From NCBI RefSeq assembly GCF_052425735.1, contig NC_135763.1:14446001-14510000 (forward strand): a stretch of DNA of 64,000 bases. The letters are read 5' to 3'. Of the stretch, positions 43,822-57,342 are shown piece by piece. This DNA is from Oculina patagonica (taxonomy: Eukaryota). Under the pieces are notes generated by a model that saw only the letters and a list, made by a program, of their open reading frames with translations, was not told the origin of the DNA and did not search any database. The position numbers and the translations under genes are program-made. Each line of letters begins with the position of its first letter. The first letter of the stretch is position 1.

Positions 43822-45924
43822 AGATGAAATTCAACAGGATTTTTTTTGGCTTCCTTTCAAAGTTATCTACCGTCAGAGTGGTCTGTTCTTGAGTAAGTAA
43901 AACTGAAAATTGAATAGAATTTGCTAAATTTGAGCCGACTTAAATTAGCTTCTGCTACCTACCTACTAAGTACACATCTGCGTGTCTTAAGGTTATGTGA
44001 CATTTAATTAAGGCCATCTCGTTAAGTTAAAAAAAGGGGTTAACTTTATCATATTTAGTACTTTTTTCTTTCATAGAAAAGTTTTCTCCAATTTTACACA
44101 GCTGACGAGTTATTTCCGTTGCAAAATTGGAAACCACTTTGGAACAGTTCGCTGTGTTACCTGAATGATGTCTAATGGCTTTCACTTCTATTGTTTCACG
44201 TAGAATATTTGAATTTGATAGGATTTTATTTATATTCGAATGCAATCAGGCCGTTCTGAATCTGAATTATTTTGTATCTTTGCTTTTACTTTATATTTTT
44301 GTAAGGCTATTTGCAAATCGGGAATGACAAAAGCTGTGAAACCTCCCTTAAGATTTAAAACACTGTGTGTTTTATTTAGTCCAGACCTTAAAAGGTCGAC
44401 GAAACTAATTTTGGCAGCAATTTGATTTAAATAGACGCCCCAATGAAAATTATCCTGTGAGGCTTTTTTGTTTGAGTGGGCATACTACTGCTTAAAACGT
44501 TTTAACGTTTGAAAAAAATTGAAAGCTTCACTTGCATTGGAAAAAGCATTTGTACATGTCCTGTAGGGAAAACAATTTAAAGACAGGTGACTCGGTCGCT
44601 GGGTTGAAACATGCAATTAACTTTAGCTGTCGATATCCATTGTAAGAACGATACACTTTGCCTCCTTAAATATTCTTCCTGGTAAAAGCTAATCTCCGCA
44701 AATTACTTATGAGTTCAAAACGTTATCTGTTTGCAAAGTCTAAAACCATCCTGTCGATTAATATCCGCTGCCAAAAATGCAATTTTTCTCTGCCAAAATA
44801 CTTCTGACATGAAACCCTTTTTTACATTTATTAAATTTGCTATCAAATAAATTGTGTTTGGTGGCCTGTAGTGACGTAGTTTTGAGTCATAATTCATATG
44901 GCCGTTATGGCAATTTTCTTAACGTATTGATATTTAAAGCAACATCCTTTTTATGACTTTGGGTTTAGTTTTATTATTGAAAGCCTTGTTAAATTCCTCT
45001 CCGAAATAAGCAACCTATACCACACACACAATGCATAAACCACAATTTTACATATTGATTATGACGTCATGCAATCCGCCGAATTTCTAAACACACACAC
45101 TACAAGGATGCTAAAATGAACTAAAACTGTGTAGCTACTGAAAAAAATACAAAATATGAAAAAAAGACAAACAATGATACCTTAAACTTTCAAATCTTAG
45201 TAAACCAGAATGTTAGGGACCTCAAAGCATGGATTTCATGGCAAAAGTATCGCAGACAGAAAGATGTTAAATTAAAATGTTTCCGAGGCGTGAAGTCCGT
45301 GAAATGAACCGCCACTGAAAGCACCCCAGAGTGAAACCCTTTTTCCAAATTGCCCAAACACCTCAAAAAGGGGCATTCGCCCACCTTCCTTTTTCGTCCA
45401 ACAGTTAACAATAGTTTCAGAGAAAACCACTTTACTAATCCAGAAATAAACATCCGCTTGCCCTAGAATTCAGACCGGCTTAGGTCAATAAAAATATTTG
45501 TTGTTCGTTATGTTGCAAAATATGCTCATATTTCTATAAGTACAATGTGCTGTAAAGACATTTGCATGGAGTTGGAGATCTTACTGGAAAACTGAACGGG
45601 AATTAAAACCTTTCCTTTTTAAGCGATGACGTCAGAAATCGCTTATTGCCATCGCACGATGGGCTCTTTTACTCTGTTAGGGAAATCGAACAGAAATCAA
45701 GTTAAACTTAACAAGAAATCGCCGTGTAGAACACAAAAGCAAAATACTCCCCTGCAGTTAGAATGGAACACTACAATGTATAAACGAAAGAGATCGAGAT
45801 TAATTAAAAATGATGGGATCTATTTGATTTAGTAGACAGAAATTTATAATTCTTATAATAATTATAAAGGGCCGCTGTGAGCAAGAGACCGTTTGACCTT
45901 TCTTTAAAAGCTTGCTCGTGCAAA

Positions 45925-47497
45925 CCGACCGATTTCGGTTCTTCCCGTCCTCTCAAAAATCTTTGAAAGGCACTTGCACAACTCTCTGTATGCCTTTCTC
46001 AGGGAAAACAACCTTCTATATCAACTGCAATCCGCCTTCAGGAAACACCACTCAACGGAGACAGCTCTAATCAACATCATCGACCGTATGCTGTTCAATC
46101 TCGATGACAACCGCATTAACGGCTTGGTTCTGGCTGACTTTCAAAAGGCTTTCGATCTTGTTAACCACGACATCTTGTTTGAAAAGCTGCGTATCTATGG
46201 TCTGGATGAATGCAGCCTGGCCCTTATGCGCTCGTTCCTTCAAAATCGCAGGCAGCGCACGGTCATCCGCGGTAGTGCACAGTCTTCGTCCCAGGCTCTC
46301 ACACATGGTGTACCACAGGGATCCGTACTCTCTCCACTACTCTTCCTGGTATTCATAAACGATCTTTCCGAGGGAGTGTCACAACCAACCACAGTCGACA
46401 TCTTTGCGGATGATACAACTATGAGCTCATCCTCGCCATACACTGATACTTCTGGTCTATGCTCCAGGCTCTGTGAGAGCACCCGTGAGCTTGAGGACTG
46501 GACTAGAAATAACCGTTTCAAACTAAATATCGAGAAGACGAAGTCTATGTTTGTAACTGGGAGTAGGCTACGCACTAAGATCGGTAGTACCGGTGTCGAC
46601 GAGATGAAAATCTGTACTAGCAGCGGGGAAGCCTTAGACAATACCACAAGCCACAAGCTTCTTGGAGTCCATGTTGATCAAGACCTAAGTTTCAATGAAC
46701 ATGTCGAACACTTATGTAAGAAACTAGCAAAGCGTTTAGGTGTTCTTAGGTCAATCAGACATTATCTTCCTCTAAACGAGCGCATACTCTTCTACAATGC
46801 AACTATAAAGCCTATATTTCTGTACGGCGGAGCAGTCTGGAGTTCAACATCTAAAAGTAACATAAGAAGAATTTTTCGTCTCCAGAAAAGGGCTGCCCGT
46901 GTTATCCTAGGCGTTAAAACAAGAGATGAACGTACTGTAAGTTTATTTAAGAGACTAGACTGGTTGCCCTTTTATGATGAAATCACTGTTAATAAGCTAT
47001 GCTTAATTTACAAATGCCTAAATGGACAATGCCCAGAGTATTTAAGGAACAGACTTGTAAGTGTCAATGACATGTCCACCAGAACCTCGCGCTATGGTGA
47101 TATTACTTTACGCTGTCCTCGGTATAACCGTGAAACGGAAGGTGGAAGAACTTTTCTTGTTTCAGCCACTAAATGTTGGAACTCTTTGCCTATATATATT
47201 AGAACTAGCACTAGCATTAAGGCCTTTAAACATAATTATAGTAATTTTATTAAGGAAGGTTATGCCGACTTAGATAGCTTTCCCATGTCATAATTTTTAA
47301 ATTTTTATACTGTCACACCCAAATTACTGTTTGTATTTTTATCTAGTTTTTATCTATCTTATCTGTTTTCATTTTTTATTGATAATATATTTGTAGTAGT
47401 ATTAACTTTTATTCTAGGGGAGGGCCACAGGTTTTTCAGTTTTTAACTGTAATGTGTAACCCTCATTAAATAAAGTTGTTATTATTATTATTATTAT
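45925..47497 (+). mobile_element. 5'-truncated CR1/L2-group LINE (reverse transcriptase ORF 45974-47293)
   Basis: RPISVLPVLSKIFE, QSAFRKHHSTETAL, DFQKAFDLVNH, GVPQGSVLSPLLF and FADD motifs. 3' UTR with AATAAA and an (ATT)n tail ending ~47497. Confidence 0.93.
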
Positions 47498-47996
47498 CGT
47501 ATGTCGTTCGTAAGATGTCACACTATAATATAACGCAATCTCTGTTGAGACAACATAGGGAAATCTAAAAAAAATAAATATATAAAATAAAATATAACTG
47601 TTGTTCAATTAAGCAAATCTACAAAGGAAATGTGTTGATTGCATCCTTTGTCTGTGAATTTATAAGTACTGTATTTATTAAAATTCAATCAGATCCTAAC
47701 TATGTTATTTATACAATCACTAACATTGCTTCTTATGTTTGAAAAATGTAAGCTGCAGTTGGACAACAGTCTTTTTCACGCACAAGGTGTCAGCTACTTT
47801 TATGTACGAAAAGTTATTGACAAAGTTCCTCAAAATTATGTAACACCTCTTGTGAAACGTCATTGCTTCTGCGTGCCATTTATTTTGCAAGCTGGTAGAA
47901 GATCTTCAAACATGCAACCTCAAATAGTACTTTATGGGCAAAATTTATTATTATAAATATAAGCTGCGTTTGTCAAAGGACATCCATATTTGTCAT

Positions 47997-50265
47997 TTAA
48001 AAATGGGTGATCTGAATGTTACTTTCTTCTTTCTTGTTGATCGAATTTTTTGTTGATATCTGATTGCTGGACGCCATATTTGGCTGTGACTTTCCAAAAG
48101 GATCCATAAGGAACAGCACGAAAGCTTTGCGAAACCTGCAGTGGAAATATAAGTAGTAGATAAAATATGAGCGGGAGATTTTGGGCGTTTCGGGCGGCCG
48201 AGGCGGTTANNNNNNNNNNNNNNNNNNNNNNNNNNNNNNNNNNNNNNNNNNNNNNNNNNNNNNNNNNNNNNNNNNNNNNNNNNNNNNNNNNNNNNNNNNN
48301 NNNNNNNNNNNNNNNNNNNNNNNNNNNNNNNNNNNNNNNNNNNNNNNNNNNNNNNNNNNNNNNNNNNNNNNNNNNNNNNNNNTGTGGGCCCCCCCCACCA
48401 ATAAAAATTAATAAAAAAAGATTATATCATTTGCCTGGAATTAATTTCACTGTAAAAAAAACATTAGGAGAGTGGGGGTGGATGAGACACACAAAATACC
48501 TTGTCAGAATACTCCTTAAGTATTTTAACAGCAGATGAAAGGCCATATCTTTTGCTACAAATACTGACTACTATGACGGCAACGCTAAGCACTATATAAC
48601 ATACAATGTGAAAACATGGTTCACCAGCGAGGAATCGAACCCCGGTCTGAACCCGCGGTCCTCCTACCGGTGAACCATATTTCCACATTACATTATTTCG
48701 TACCTCTAAATGTGTATTGATTCTAGTTCGCACTTTTGATAAGCCGATTACTATCAACTTGGCAAAAACACCTATTAAGCGAGGAATTCAACAGAAAAGG
48801 GAGGATTGGGTGGCTAGCCACCTCTAAATCCAATTCAGCCTTCTCAAGTGTTAACATTTAGGGGGAATGCCCAAGGAGAATTGAAACGTAACTTATAATT
48901 TGGTAGCTCCTCGGTATCCGTTACCTCCCCTTTAAAATACCTGGATCCACGGGTAGGGTAGGGCTTTTGACCTATATTTGGTCTGAAAATGGGTTGAGAG
49001 ATTTTGCCATTTCGGTGTGAAGTTAGGTGCGGGTTTTGTCTTGTGGTCTGAAATTACATACTGTTTTTAGAAAAACCACAAGTGTAGAAACTATTTAATT
49101 CTCAGTCTTTTCATCAGGGATTTCTTTTTTGGTCTGAAAAAGGAATGTATTTTACAGGTCAAGTCTAAAAATATGGGTTAGATATTGGAGATCTAGGCAC
49201 AACCCCACAAAAATTCCGTGGAATACTCCTGTGGCTTTTTTACAGCTCCTTTCTTGCTAGGTAAGGTAACATCATCAAAGCGCTAAACCAAAGACTGCGA
49301 AAAACTGGGGTGAGTTGTAACTGAATGTAAGGGAGATGAGAAAAAAGTTGCATGTGTTTCGGAGCATCTGGTTCAGTTTCATTTTTTATTACAGATTCCT
49401 AAGCACAGTTGACTTACCTGCGGGTCTTGAGTGAGTAGATAATGGGATTCGCCATACTGTTCAAGTGTATGAGAAAAAACGCAAGGAAATGAGGCCATGT
49501 ACCGTGAATTGTGGAAATGCTGTGTAAAAACATCGGCACAACACCCATGCAGAAAAATGCAACCACGGTTAAACCGATCGTCTTCGCTGTCTTCACGTCG
49601 CTTCTAACTTGTTTTGCGACAGAACAGAAAGTCGACAAACGCCTGGTATGGCGGCGAACCGTGCGCCAAATATAAGCTCCCATAATGAGCATGACAGCGA
49701 ACGAAACCAAATAACCAGGAATGATAAAATGCTTTCCAAATTTCTTCAGATAGTCTATCCTATACACCAGCACTGGAGCGTCACCAAGATCAATGTCGAG
49801 CCCTAGGGTGAACATACCATACGTGTAGCCTGCTGCCAGGAGCCAAACAAATACTACTGCTACCTTAGCCTTGTTGTTCGTTTTCCACGAATGGTAGCGA
49901 ATGCCGTGCACGATGGCTCCATAGCGATCCATTGTGAGCACGGTCAAATTGATCACGGTTAAGTACATGAACAGCACATACCAAGACACGATAAACCAGG
50001 AGATGGGGCGACCCTTTAGGTAAGGCACTTTGCAGATGTACCACATGATCATAAGAGGCATGTTGGTCAGTGCATTGATGATGTCTATAACAGCTAAGTT
50101 CGCTATCAAAATATTGGGAACTGTTCGCAGTGTCTTGAACCGGATGAGTAATAGGCAAATTATACTGTTTCCAATGATTGATCCGATCATAACCACGGCG
50201 ATCATTATGGTATGCGAGACTCCTTCTGCATCATGACAAGAACTCATCTGAATGGTCTCGTTCAT
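47997..50265 (-). CDS. Class A GPCR family B copy 2, two exons (49418-50265, 47997-48135)
   Basis: Close paralogue of the 27313-30557 gene. Donor AG|gtaagt at 49418/49417. Acceptor ctgcag|G at 48135 gives TRRFRKAF, with TAA at 47997-47999. Confidence 0.85.
48210..48382. other. Assembly gap (N run)
   Basis: Run of n characters. Confidence 1.
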
Positions 50266-52639
50266 CGTTCTGTTTGCTACTCATCGATATCAACAGTAAG
50301 TCTTCATCTGAGCTTTGTGCCCGATAGACGCCGGGGAGATGAGATCGACGAATCGAAGGTCCAGACTTCCTACGTGCTTAGGCTGCAGCTTATACAGCAA
50401 ATGCAATATCGCGAACAATACAGACATCACAATACCACGCCTTTTACAATTAAGACCGCTGTTTAAATACATTCATTAACAAATTGATATATGTCTCAAC
50501 CCGTACGTGGGGGATCAATTAGTTGGAGCTGACTATTCAACTATGAAGGCGGAATGCTTAACTTAAAATTGCAGTATAAGTTATAAACTTCTGATTAATC
50601 CTGTTTTTTTCTTCTGATTAAATCTGTTTTTAGTATATCGTCTCTTGCGAACAAGGAATAAACATGGGAACTGAAACAACTCGTATTTCGAATAAATAAA
50701 GTAGTTTATTTTTATTTTATTTTTTTTAATAAGAAGAGTATTTGTGATATTCGCCACTGCATGTTTCGCATAAGAAATTCAATATCATCAGTTAATCTTC
50801 ATATTATAACTGAGATGCTTATAAAAGCTTTCAATATCTCCAGGAATGAGCAATAGTTAGAGTAAAAATATGGCTCGTAAAGTGAGCAACATTTAAAAAA
50901 AGTCGCTCGTTACCAGTAAGAGGGTCACCGTTATTCCTATCATTACATTAGACGATGAACTCGAGCCACAAATATTACTTTAGGTCTAATAAACCCTGTC
51001 CAACAGTTAAAACAATATTTATTAAACAAGTTCCAGCGGATAGAATACGCCGTTCCTTAAGCAAACTCCATCCAGGAGTTAGTTTGGTTTGAGCAACCAT
51101 TACCAGGACTTCAAGACATCTTGTTACCTTTAGAATGGCATCAAAAGTTGGTTAACTGTTATCGTGAGCCACGCTCAGTTCTACAAAGGCGTTCAATTGT
51201 ATAACAATGAATACAGTCATATCGTTGTCCTGGTTGTTGCCTAGAGACCGTTTATATTTTTCTTAAGAAATGCAATATCCTGAACATTAATTATACCTGC
51301 CGTTTCCGATATTTTATTTGAAATATGGCTAATATTAGCAGGTGTGTCAAGTACGTTTTTCCAGGGCTATGCACAATAGAACAAAAAATGTTAATAGATA
51401 GATCCCTTACTCAGTTATCTATCAATTTGACTGTACAACTTGGCAAGCACCCCGAACCGATAATCTCTCATACCTTATTTGGTGTTTGCTTCATGTACCG
51501 CCAATGTTCCAGAACACTTAAGCTAGCTGTATTCACACTACTGTATAAGCTAGGTATATCTGCAATTAAGAACTTGAACTCAAGTGCCTTTCAAAATCTG
51601 AAGAAGCAATTCGGAAATAGAGGATTCAACACATGGTGATGAAGAATTTAACTGGTTGCTCTTCTTAAAACGCTCCAGATAGAGCTATTGTTAACTACAC
51701 AGCAAATGCAGCGAAGTTAATGTAGTTTGCCCTTTCTTTATATAAACTCCAGTTGTAGCTTAACATGATATAATTTACTTTTCCCGCTGCGGTCGCGTCT
51801 TTGTCGTGTTTAGAATGCCCCGCGCACTAAAATAACATTGATTTTAATATTTACTCGTTCAAAAGGAAATTCTATTTCGACTTAAAAAATACTTTTGAGG
51901 ACTGCTGATGATGATGATGTTTGTGTGGTATTAGTAAGCTTGTTTAACGCCTTCCTGTGCGTTATTCCAGTATTTCGAGTCTCGAGGTATTCCAAAATCA
52001 CTTCTTCTTTTTTTCTTAAAAAGACCAAAACAATTGTAAAGGTATATTACAATATGCACAAAGGACATTAGGCTTGAGATGCGGTCATTTCCTAAAACGA
52101 GTCAAATGCCAAAATTAATTAACGGCAGAAAATTGAAAGTTGCAATGAACTTTCCACGACACAAAAACGGAGAAAATAACGAGACAGAACAAAATTGAAT
52201 GGACATTATCTCAAGTTCTTAGTTTACTTTGAGATGATGGATAAATAATTCCAAAAGTGGCCACTTTTGTTTAGTATCAAAATCTCCAAATTTGGCCAGT
52301 TTTATTTAAGGAAACAATATTAGAAACGAAAAGCATGCGCGATTCTTTTTGAAAAAGAAAGAAACGGATAAATTTAACACTGCCATCTCCCTCTCTGGGA
52401 AGTTTAATTTTTTATAAGTCCCGCTCCTCTCCCTCCCCCCCCCCCCTCCCGTTTCTATTAAGCTCCCTCCCTTCCCTAGGTGGTAGATCAGGAAAAATTA
52501 CACAAAACAAAACTCTGAAAAATATTCCGTGTCCACCAGCCCAGAAGATGTCGATTATATGACCATCCATAAATCGGTTCGGATGTTCTAAAGGAGAACA
52601 CATTGGATTAAAAATGTGTTTTGGACATTTTTTTGCTAC

Positions 52640-52677
52640 TACTACTGATGAAGGCAGCACTGCCGAAACGCTTAGTA
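52640..52677 (+). ncRNA. Degenerate minimal type I hammerhead ribozyme motif (Penelope-associated type)
   Basis: TACTA-CTGATGA-aGGCAG-ca-CTGCC-GAAA-cg-ct-TAGTA. Stems I and II pair, but the invariant U of the NUH triplet appears to be C. Confidence 0.45.
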
Positions 52678-54444
52678 TTTTACATTGAACTTTCCAGCGT
52701 TAAACTTTACATTTAATTCAATGTGTTCATTTAAATTAACGCTGCGCAGGACATTTTCGTTTTTTTTTCTAAAGGAAACTCGTGGGAGCTTGGCCCATAA
52801 ACTTTGTTTACACGTGACAAATTACCCGCGAACTGTTAGAATAAGTTTTGCTGATTGCACCAAACGATACAGAAATTAATAGTAAATGTCCAGCCCAGTG
52901 TTGAAAATGAAGAAAAAGATATAATATTTCATTGAGTGACACAAGCATTCTTGTAATTACTATTACTATTATCAACTTTTGTATTGAAACTCTTTTAAAA
53001 TATACCTTTACCCTTTTCTTAAAATAGTGCGAAATATTGGTTTTGGCAACTTCTCTGTGTGACATGTCCAACCCACCAGGATGCTCCCAAATTTCAAGAC
53101 AGAATCCGGCCATCAGGAAATCGAGTAATATTAATTATAGTTGGACAAACATCGAGTACCAGAATAATTTAAATACTATTGCATTATTTTCTACCCTTTT
53201 TTAAAGCTAAAGATGTAAGTAATTATTTGTGATAACACTAACAACAGTTTCTTATATGAGCCTGATAAAATCGTCTTTTAAGCGATTCAGTGGAACTTCA
53301 AAATTTGTTTTCAATGTTTGGTGTTGTTAGAAATAATTTCTTTTGATAAGATATTTGAAACAGTAACACAGAAGTTTGCAATAAGATGTAAATAATTTTG
53401 GTACATAATTTTGTCCAATTAACACTCGAAGTCCTGGCAGATTCAGTCTCAATACGTTTTATATCCAGTGCAAGTTATCCTATCGCCATGAATATTTGTA
53501 TGATGATTAATGTTACTTGTGTCTCCAACTCGTAAAGAAAAGGTTTTAGATGTGATTAATTTTAAAATTTTGATGACGTCGAATGCTCTGACTCTCTGTA
53601 GTTCGCGTGCAGGCTGTCTGGCATTCAATTTCCTGAGTGGTTTTACGGCTTGCGAGACAAAGGAAACCATCGTGCACGTACGAGAGCTTGCCAGTAAACA
53701 ATTCCGTCGGTGTAACAATTGCTTTTTATTTGTTTATTGGAGAGAAACTTTCAATGTATTCAAGGAAGTTTAATGTAATTATGATCTTGCAAAGTCCCAC
53801 GTCCGAAACCAGTTGAATTCCAAGGCTTTTAGTCACGATTTCGAAAAGGGAGTGTGAAGGGAGGGGTAAATATTGTACGATTTATAACGGTGTAGTAATT
53901 AACATTTCTGTTTGAGTGAGGTATTGGAGGGGTTGAAATAAAAATAAATCTGTTTATCACAAAAAGTCGCTCAAAGTCGCCCCAAATCTTTTGGTAACAT
54001 AAAGCAAAAGGGCATTATTAAAAATCGGTGGTTCTGATTAAGAGTTTAATACGAACAATTATATAATACTACTATCGGGTTTGAAATCAATTTCTTTTAT
54101 TTACACACCTCCTAACAACTTCCCTTCATAGGCAAAAATAAATATCTCTGAGAGACAAGAAATAAATTAAACGAGAGCAGAAGCTGTCCTTTTTCTGTCT
54201 CTTAAACTATATTCAACATTTCGCGGAAACAAATCTAAGATATGTTTACGCCGCAAAAAATATCGCCCTTCACCGGTCCTACGTTAGAGCCAGTTTTTTC
54301 TGTTTGCTGGACTTCAAAACAGCACTGACAATGTTCTAAGACAGGCTGATCTAACTCGCCAGTACAACAGCCCTTATCAAAGCGTTGATAACTTTTCCGT
54401 CTATCACAAATTCCGCCGCATTTTCAAGTGGCACTTTCAGTAGT

Positions 54445-57342
54445 TCATCTTGTGGCAACCGCGGATGTCCTCTGGTATTTCGGAGTTGGTAAATTGTATT
54501 TTAAGCGAATTTGTTGGCGTAAAAGTTTTCTTTGTTCGCGTTCTTTCTTGGCTTGCTGTTCATCCTGCTCGTTCCAGACGTATGTCCTTGCATTGTAATC
54601 TCTGTCTTTAAAATTGTATTTCTTCCTGACATCCTCAATGCGCTGTTTGCTGTCTGAAGCTCGTTTCTCGCATTCTTCGCTGTTCTTCTTTACAGCAAGA
54701 ATTTCATTACCAGTTACTGGCGTTGATGTTGATCGCCTTTTTACGACGGTGACCTTTGCTGGAGTTCTGAAAAATAAATTGAATGAAATATGAATTAAAA
54801 AGAACTTTCAAAATTACAGTATTGATACATTGATAATAACATTCATTAAATCAGCAAAAAAAGTCCTCGAATATTCACAACGTACCGCCTTTATAGTTAA
54901 TAATCAACACAAAAAATAAACAGTACTTATATACGGTAATGTTAACTTTTACCAAAATTGGAAGTAATAGGTCAATTTGAAGTGCAGAGGAGTTAAAGAT
55001 TTAGGTTTATAAGCCAACGCAAAACAAAACAAACAAATGACGTAACAAATGGTCTTTAAAGACTTTGCCCTCGCTTTTTTATGTAGTGCAATATCCCTTC
55101 TTCAATTCGTATCACACATAGTAATTGTCTTTAGAAACACTTTTCAAAAGCTCCTAGTTAGTAAGCTCAATGTTACAGCACTGAATTACTATAAAAATAT
55201 CAGCTGCAGAATTGTGTAATGATATTGTGCTGAAACGGTGTGGGAGCAGTTTGAAGCAAAAACAAAACAAAACAAAGCATTGCTTTCAAGGAGAATAAAG
55301 GTCAGTTCATTGCGAAATATAAAACAAAAGAAATTGCAATATTACTTTCTGCTCGACTGTGTTTTAGCGCGTTGCACGATTACTTGAGTAATATGGTTTT
55401 GCCTTTTTAAGGTCAGGTTTGATATCGATATTTAGCCTTTGTGGAAAACCTTGATGTTTGCCTTGGGCATATTTATAGTTTGTTACTGTTTTTAGAAAGA
55501 ATGATCGAGTCGATATCTCTTCTGCGTGAAGGGTTATTCAATAAAGCAAAACCACAGGGTTTTTAATTTTACAATTAAAATTTGCATAAGAAAGTGAGAA
55601 ATAAAAAGAGTGACCAGCTATGTAGTTGTTAGGAAATTTCTAGAACTAAAATCGAAGAAAACACTGAGTTACAAGAAACACTGAGTTATTTATTTTACGG
55701 GAGATGCAGACTTTATATTAGTCGGAGAGTAAATTTTTGACAATATTCTTTCCATCGAAGAAGGACACTTTTAACTTATAGCAGTTCTAAATAAAAGTGT
55801 AAGACAATGAGCCTTTCCACTCGGATGGGTGTCAGCTACTTCAGTCGAGATCTCACATCCTGATGTTAGGTTGCTTTGCACAAGCCGAGTTTTCTGAGTG
55901 CATGCAATACGAATTTAGCTGATTTTTTAAAAAAAGTTTCGACAAACTGCCTTAAACAGTGAAGAAAAAAGCTGCTCTGATTGGTTACATTCGATTTCTG
56001 TTGCCAATGCTTTTGCGCTTTGTTGGATTTTGGCCTCTGGCCTCAGACGTGATAAGAACTTATTTGTTAATAAAACGTTTGGCAGGAACTTAACTCAACA
56101 AAAAGCAGACGATCGTTGACTGAGGTTTGAGTGTTGTTTGAACACGAACGCGGCGAAATGTGACAAATTAAAAATGAAACAAAACGAGCAATTTCAATCA
56201 AAGAATAATTTGTACAAAGGAAGAATATTTTGACATTTCCACATCGCTGATTGTCAACTACATCGACATCATCTGACAAGTGCAGAGCCACAAAATCTAC
56301 ATGTAATCTTTGTCATATTTATCTAAATGCTGTGTCTAAGAACATTTCTTACAAGCCAACACGTTTTGTTGTTTCACGGAATTTGACATTTCTGTTGCCT
56401 GTTTTAGGCTTGTTTCCCATGCTCACTGTTGAATTCTGGAATGTTCTGCTATAAAAACCAACTGAGAGAAATAATTTGTTTTGGCGGAACTTAACTCAAA
56501 AGTCGAGTCAATGATGACAAGTTTGCGCGATCGAGTAACGGATAAAACCCTATTAAAAACAGCTGCTTCGTTAGTTTACATTTTTTATCCAATTAATATT
56601 TGTTCGATCAAGATTCTGCAAGATTATTATGTTATGGTACATTTATATACAAATTTTTCGCACGGCCAACAGTGAAGAACTAGTTTGAATTTTCTTGTGA
56701 TAAATTCTTTGTGAAAAGTCAATATACCCGCGCTTATATATCGCTATTTAATTACCTTTATCGCAGTTTTGCATTTGATTATTGATAATAAACATTACCT
56801 GTTTCGGTGGGCGCTAAATTTAATAGTCCAAAAATTACTTTGAGAGAAGTATGAACGAATGAACTAAATCTCGATATCGCTTGAACTTTTAAACCAATAA
56901 TTGAAAGCGATATAGCAAAATGCGCTTTTCCATCGAAAATACTCCTTGTATAAACACTAAAGAAGCATGCCGATTTCTAGGCTTTTAATCCGTATTTAGC
57001 AATGCAGTTTAATGGTCCAATATGTTCATCTTCGTTTGAAGGATGCTTATAAAACGTTAGATTATAAAGATAAAAGTTTTTGAGCTCAGCTCTACTCTCT
57101 TACCTGTGATTTTCGTCAAGAACGAGGTTAGTTTGAGAACATGTCCCATTGTTGTTCTTTCTCCATTCGAGGTAAGAAATGTCGTCTAGCAGAGCTCCTT
57201 CGCTCAAACTCTTTCTTTTCTCTTTAAGGTACTCGTGGTACTCTGGTGCGTCTAAATCGATGATGATATCAACTGCACCGGGCTCTGAGTCAGAATCGGT
57301 CATCGGATCCTCTGCCTCAATCGAATCTACCAAATTTCCCAT
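54445..57342 (-). CDS. Predicted two-exon gene (57104-57342, 54445-54766), 186 aa, with complexin/PTTG1IP-like helical motifs
   Basis: TATAAATA at 57409-57416 and CCAAT ~57500 upstream of ATG 57342 (MGNL). Donor AG|gtaag and acceptor tttttcag|A are phase-compatible. Exon 2 is open to TGA at 54445 and encodes KQRIEDVRKKYNF and EREQRKLLRQQIRLKYNLP. Confidence 0.7.

Noticed and set aside
48167-48538. ORFs containing X runs
   Set aside because: Artefacts of the N gap.
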